Made by a program: the position numbers and the translations under genes
Source of the DNA: Meiothermus sp.
GTDB lineage: Bacteria > Deinococcota > Deinococci > Deinococcales > Thermaceae
Assembly (NCBI GenBank): GCA_033762915.1
Contig: JANRLD010000026.1
Span: forward strand, 62,633-126,632
Direction of reading: 5' to 3'
Length of the DNA stretch: 64,000 nucleotides
The notes under the pieces: model-generated
The model's input: only the letters and a program-made list of their open reading frames with translations
What the model was told of the DNA's origin: nothing
The model's database searches: none
Part shown: in pieces, positions 62,201 to 64,000 of the stretch
Layout: each line of letters begins with the position of its first letter
Numbering within the stretch: position 1 is the stretch's first letter

Positions 62201-62351
62201 GCACCGTCGAGCTGCTGGAAACGCCGGAGCTGGCGGTGCGTATCAAGATGGAGGCAAAGGGGGCGGTCGGCTCCCCCGACGGCGGAGCCCCACAGGCCAC
62301 CAAAACCCCCAACAGCCCGGCCAAAACCAGGCCAACACCCGCACGCTTCAT
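59286..62351 (-). CDS. S8 (subtilase) serine peptidase lipoprotein with Ig-like/FN3-like domains
   Basis: Lipobox LVAC; Big_2-like WSSSNPSV; triad VVDTG, HGTHVAG, GTSMAAPHVAG. Confidence 0.93.
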   Translation of the reverse strand: MKRAGVGLVLAGLLGVLVACGAPPSGEPTAPFASILIRTASSGVSSSSTVRLGSTQQFSATARDASGNPVAPQPVFTWSSSNPSVVSVNASGLATAVGDGVASITASASRVTSNAVTLTVRGTLEASGGTLNRGAGVPLGTFVAYKLRDSSGNPPTTSFQLSLSGPPDWNRGQPLVLNPANASGVEMLFLNSVAPVSGTYTLFANLGGQILSSSFSLNASQQMAQPLSVSVSNPSPTSVRASWGLVIGAASYATRLVASADGAVAAEAVVVALNHTFNPSPPLSGTPYYVAAYGLSADLSTPDPALPAQVNASRRASASFTPAGSAAPGTISGTVRIADAEGRVDGPNYAALEPGSYRPGEVIVKFRPGVGLQSLGSLRADGVSLARVREVGLEGAALYRAAADGQTMLEAIAALNRRADVEYAQPNFIYRPTQITTPNDPSFAAQWNYPAINLPQAWALERGQSSPVTVAVVDTGIFASHPDLSSKLEIGYDFVSDPTNAGDGNGRDGNPEDAGSAATSFFHGTHVAGTVAAATNNASGVAGVSWGARILPVRALGLQGGTVSDITDGMLWAAGVTLPGLPPNPSPAQVINLSLGGERPCRQDPLYQDVINRVLARGVAVVVSAGNSTANTADFSPASCSGVVNVAASNSQTQRAYYSNYGPRVDVMAPGGSTLINLGGVVQGGGILSTLRTDAGQPNYAYYQGTSMAAPHVAGVLALMKSARPTLGVAEAVDILRRTARPFNSSQCSGEQGLSNGGRTPPPGLTGADCGAGLLDAYAAVQGAQAGASPGFSIRPDTSGAGAGAGSGGSVALSLERWGGFTGAVNLSVSGLPPGVTSSFTPNPAGASAATFQFNVAGSTAPGIYNLTLSGTGAGQTRSVPFTLVVGVLPANLTLAGAKITAQFWNGSAAVAASSREVTLSANAAIAAYSVSSLPTGNYYLEGWLDLNRNGIRDDPDYLGVYQVGGSPTLVAQPATGINFELYPVLNLSGLGQNLLNQSLSRRLSRLTPPAPNPLSDEPQK

Positions 62352-62692
62352 TCCCACACCCCATAGCCCCCGGTTCGGGGAACAAGCCACCCCGCTTGCA
62401 CCAAAAAAAGATACAACAGGGTTAATTGGGCAAGGGAGTAAGTTACGCCATAAAGTTACTTGTAACGGTATTGGTGGGTGAGATGTAACGGTAGGCTGAA
62501 TTCACGAGGTTTGACTGAGCACACTTAAGTGATTCATCTCCCATTTTTGTATGTTAGGCTTACTTTTTTATGTGGGCTTAGACGATCTCTTACTTGCTTT
62601 CTGAGATAGCTAAACATTATACTTCCTGCGCGTTTACTAAACGTCATAGATGCGTCAACTTACGTTGATGCAATCGCCGTGAGGTGTTGCGA

Positions 62693-63928
62693 ATGAGACA
62701 TTTGGTTTTTGGTAATGCAAGTGCTGAGAATGATAGCCTTTTATATGCCTGTTCTGTACGGTTTAGGTCTCCTGATGCTGCAAAACCTATCCTCACTGGA
62801 CGATGGGGCACTGGCAAGTCAGCACTATTATTGCTTGATGGCGAAGAAGTGACTGAGCTTTTACAATCTCGAGTTTGGTATATAAAGGAGCAAAGCCTGG
62901 ACTTGGCTTCTCTTCTCAATATAGAGCGCCAACTCGTAAACGATCAAACATTTCTAAGAAGAACATTGGAGACCGCATGGAGAGGTGAAATAATTCTCAC
63001 CTATTGTCGCGTATTGAGCGGTCTTTCTACCAGCTATCGAAACGCAAGAGGTAATCATTGGGCATTTATTCATCGGGTGGCAAAAAGCGGCACCGATAGT
63101 ATGCAGTCGGTGTGGACTCAGCTACCAACACTTGTCGAATTTATCATGGGCAAAGACCGAGGAAAGGGAGTTCAAGAAATTCAAAGTCAGATTACATTGC
63201 TGTACCAAAATAATACATTAGAAAACATCCAGAATTGTTTGGATGACATTCAACCAGGTGAACCTGTACCAATAATCGCCGTCGAACCAATTGAAACTCC
63301 TACTTCGCCTATAGAAGAAAATACCCATTTGGCCGATGAGCTAATTACAGCTCTGTTGAATGTTTTCCACCAAGATTTTCAACCTTCAGATAGTAATAAA
63401 AAGAATATTAGGATTACCCTTCCTTGGCATCGCTATAATCCTGAAAGAATAGACTTTCCACAAAAATTAAGGCAATACATTGGGAAGGTCAAATGGAATA
63501 GAAAGTCATTGCGTGAATTTATTAATCGTAGGATCGAGTGGGAGTTTCAACGAGTAGGTCGAAGATTTGCTCCCCGGCATGGTCATGACGCATGGAGAGA
63601 ATTGTTTGGAGACAAAATTGTCAATGGGCTATGTAAGCCGCTTGTGTATGAGGATTCGTTTGATTACTTCATCCGTCATACACATCATCGAGCACGTGAT
63701 TTGCAAAACCTTGCAAGAAAGGCTGTAGAACATCAAGCTGAAGTGGGAGATCAATCAATAGATGAAGTTTTGGCTCGAGGAAGTATTTCAGAGGAAACAG
63801 TTAAGGAAATGTTTCGTAGTGAGTGTCCTGAGGCTACAAGAGAACTAATTATCGAAGCCCAAAGAAGGTACCCAGAGCTAAGAAATATCAAAGAACACTT
63901 AAAGGGTTTACCAGCTTTGCCTAAATAG
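62693..63928 (+). CDS. Low-GC P-loop NTPase (Sll1717/FunZ-like by motif), possibly 3'-truncated
   Basis: FGNASAEND N-terminal motif and Walker A GRWGTGKS. AT-rich. GAGGTG RBS. Confidence 0.7.
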   Translation: MRHLVFGNASAENDSLLYACSVRFRSPDAAKPILTGRWGTGKSALLLLDGEEVTELLQSRVWYIKEQSLDLASLLNIERQLVNDQTFLRRTLETAWRGEIILTYCRVLSGLSTSYRNARGNHWAFIHRVAKSGTDSMQSVWTQLPTLVEFIMGKDRGKGVQEIQSQITLLYQNNTLENIQNCLDDIQPGEPVPIIAVEPIETPTSPIEENTHLADELITALLNVFHQDFQPSDSNKKNIRITLPWHRYNPERIDFPQKLRQYIGKVKWNRKSLREFINRRIEWEFQRVGRRFAPRHGHDAWRELFGDKIVNGLCKPLVYEDSFDYFIRHTHHRARDLQNLARKAVEHQAEVGDQSIDEVLARGSISEETVKEMFRSECPEATRELIIEAQRRYPELRNIKEHLKGLPALPK

Positions 63929-64000
63929 TCTCCAAAAAGTCAGGGTTTTTGGGCAACCAGAAAACCTGCACAAAAAGTCGGTACACTCCCCAGTTAAAAG

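Noticed and set aside
1..64000. CRISPR array, rRNA, tRNA, integrase or transposase genes
   Set aside because: No regularly spaced repeats, RNA gene signatures or recombinase/transposase motifs were seen by eye.

Overview
High-GC bacterial chromosomal window. By inference it is Thermaceae-like (Meiothermus/Calidithermus-type Deinococcota), judged from gene content and a striking excess of CTCGAG. Bases 1-22.7 kb form one compact signalling plus glycan locus. It holds an H-NOX sensor with a cognate histidine kinase (cut by the window edge), an OmpR regulator, and an algI-J-F-X-like O-acetylation cassette with no alginate synthase. It also holds an 11-gene operon in which ManC, a flippase, GT2, GT4, a complete STAS/PP2C/kinase/STAS/REC partner-switch module, a 1055-aa GT-C-like membrane protein, an exported protein and a GH-A hydrolase are tightly packed, plus a divergent GAF/PAS kinase with a 4-Cys insert. 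Next come housekeeping and accessory genes (solute-binding protein, DMT transporter, 2-oxoacid oxidoreductase alpha/beta, low-GC DUF3800, GNAT, hydrolase, TrmJ). An L-arabinose/arabinofuranoside cluster follows, with a clear sigma70 promoter and two LacI-type operators. The rest is an M16 peptidase, part of a second polysaccharide locus, CAP and S8 lipoproteins and a low-GC P-loop ATPase at the right edge. Non-coding signals include a decayed inverted copy of part of the S8 gene 29 kb away, a CTAG-flanked MITE-like element, REP-like hairpins and recurring GTAACG and CCGTA promoter words. No rRNA, tRNA or CRISPR array was seen. All family assignments come from motif recognition by eye; no database search was run.
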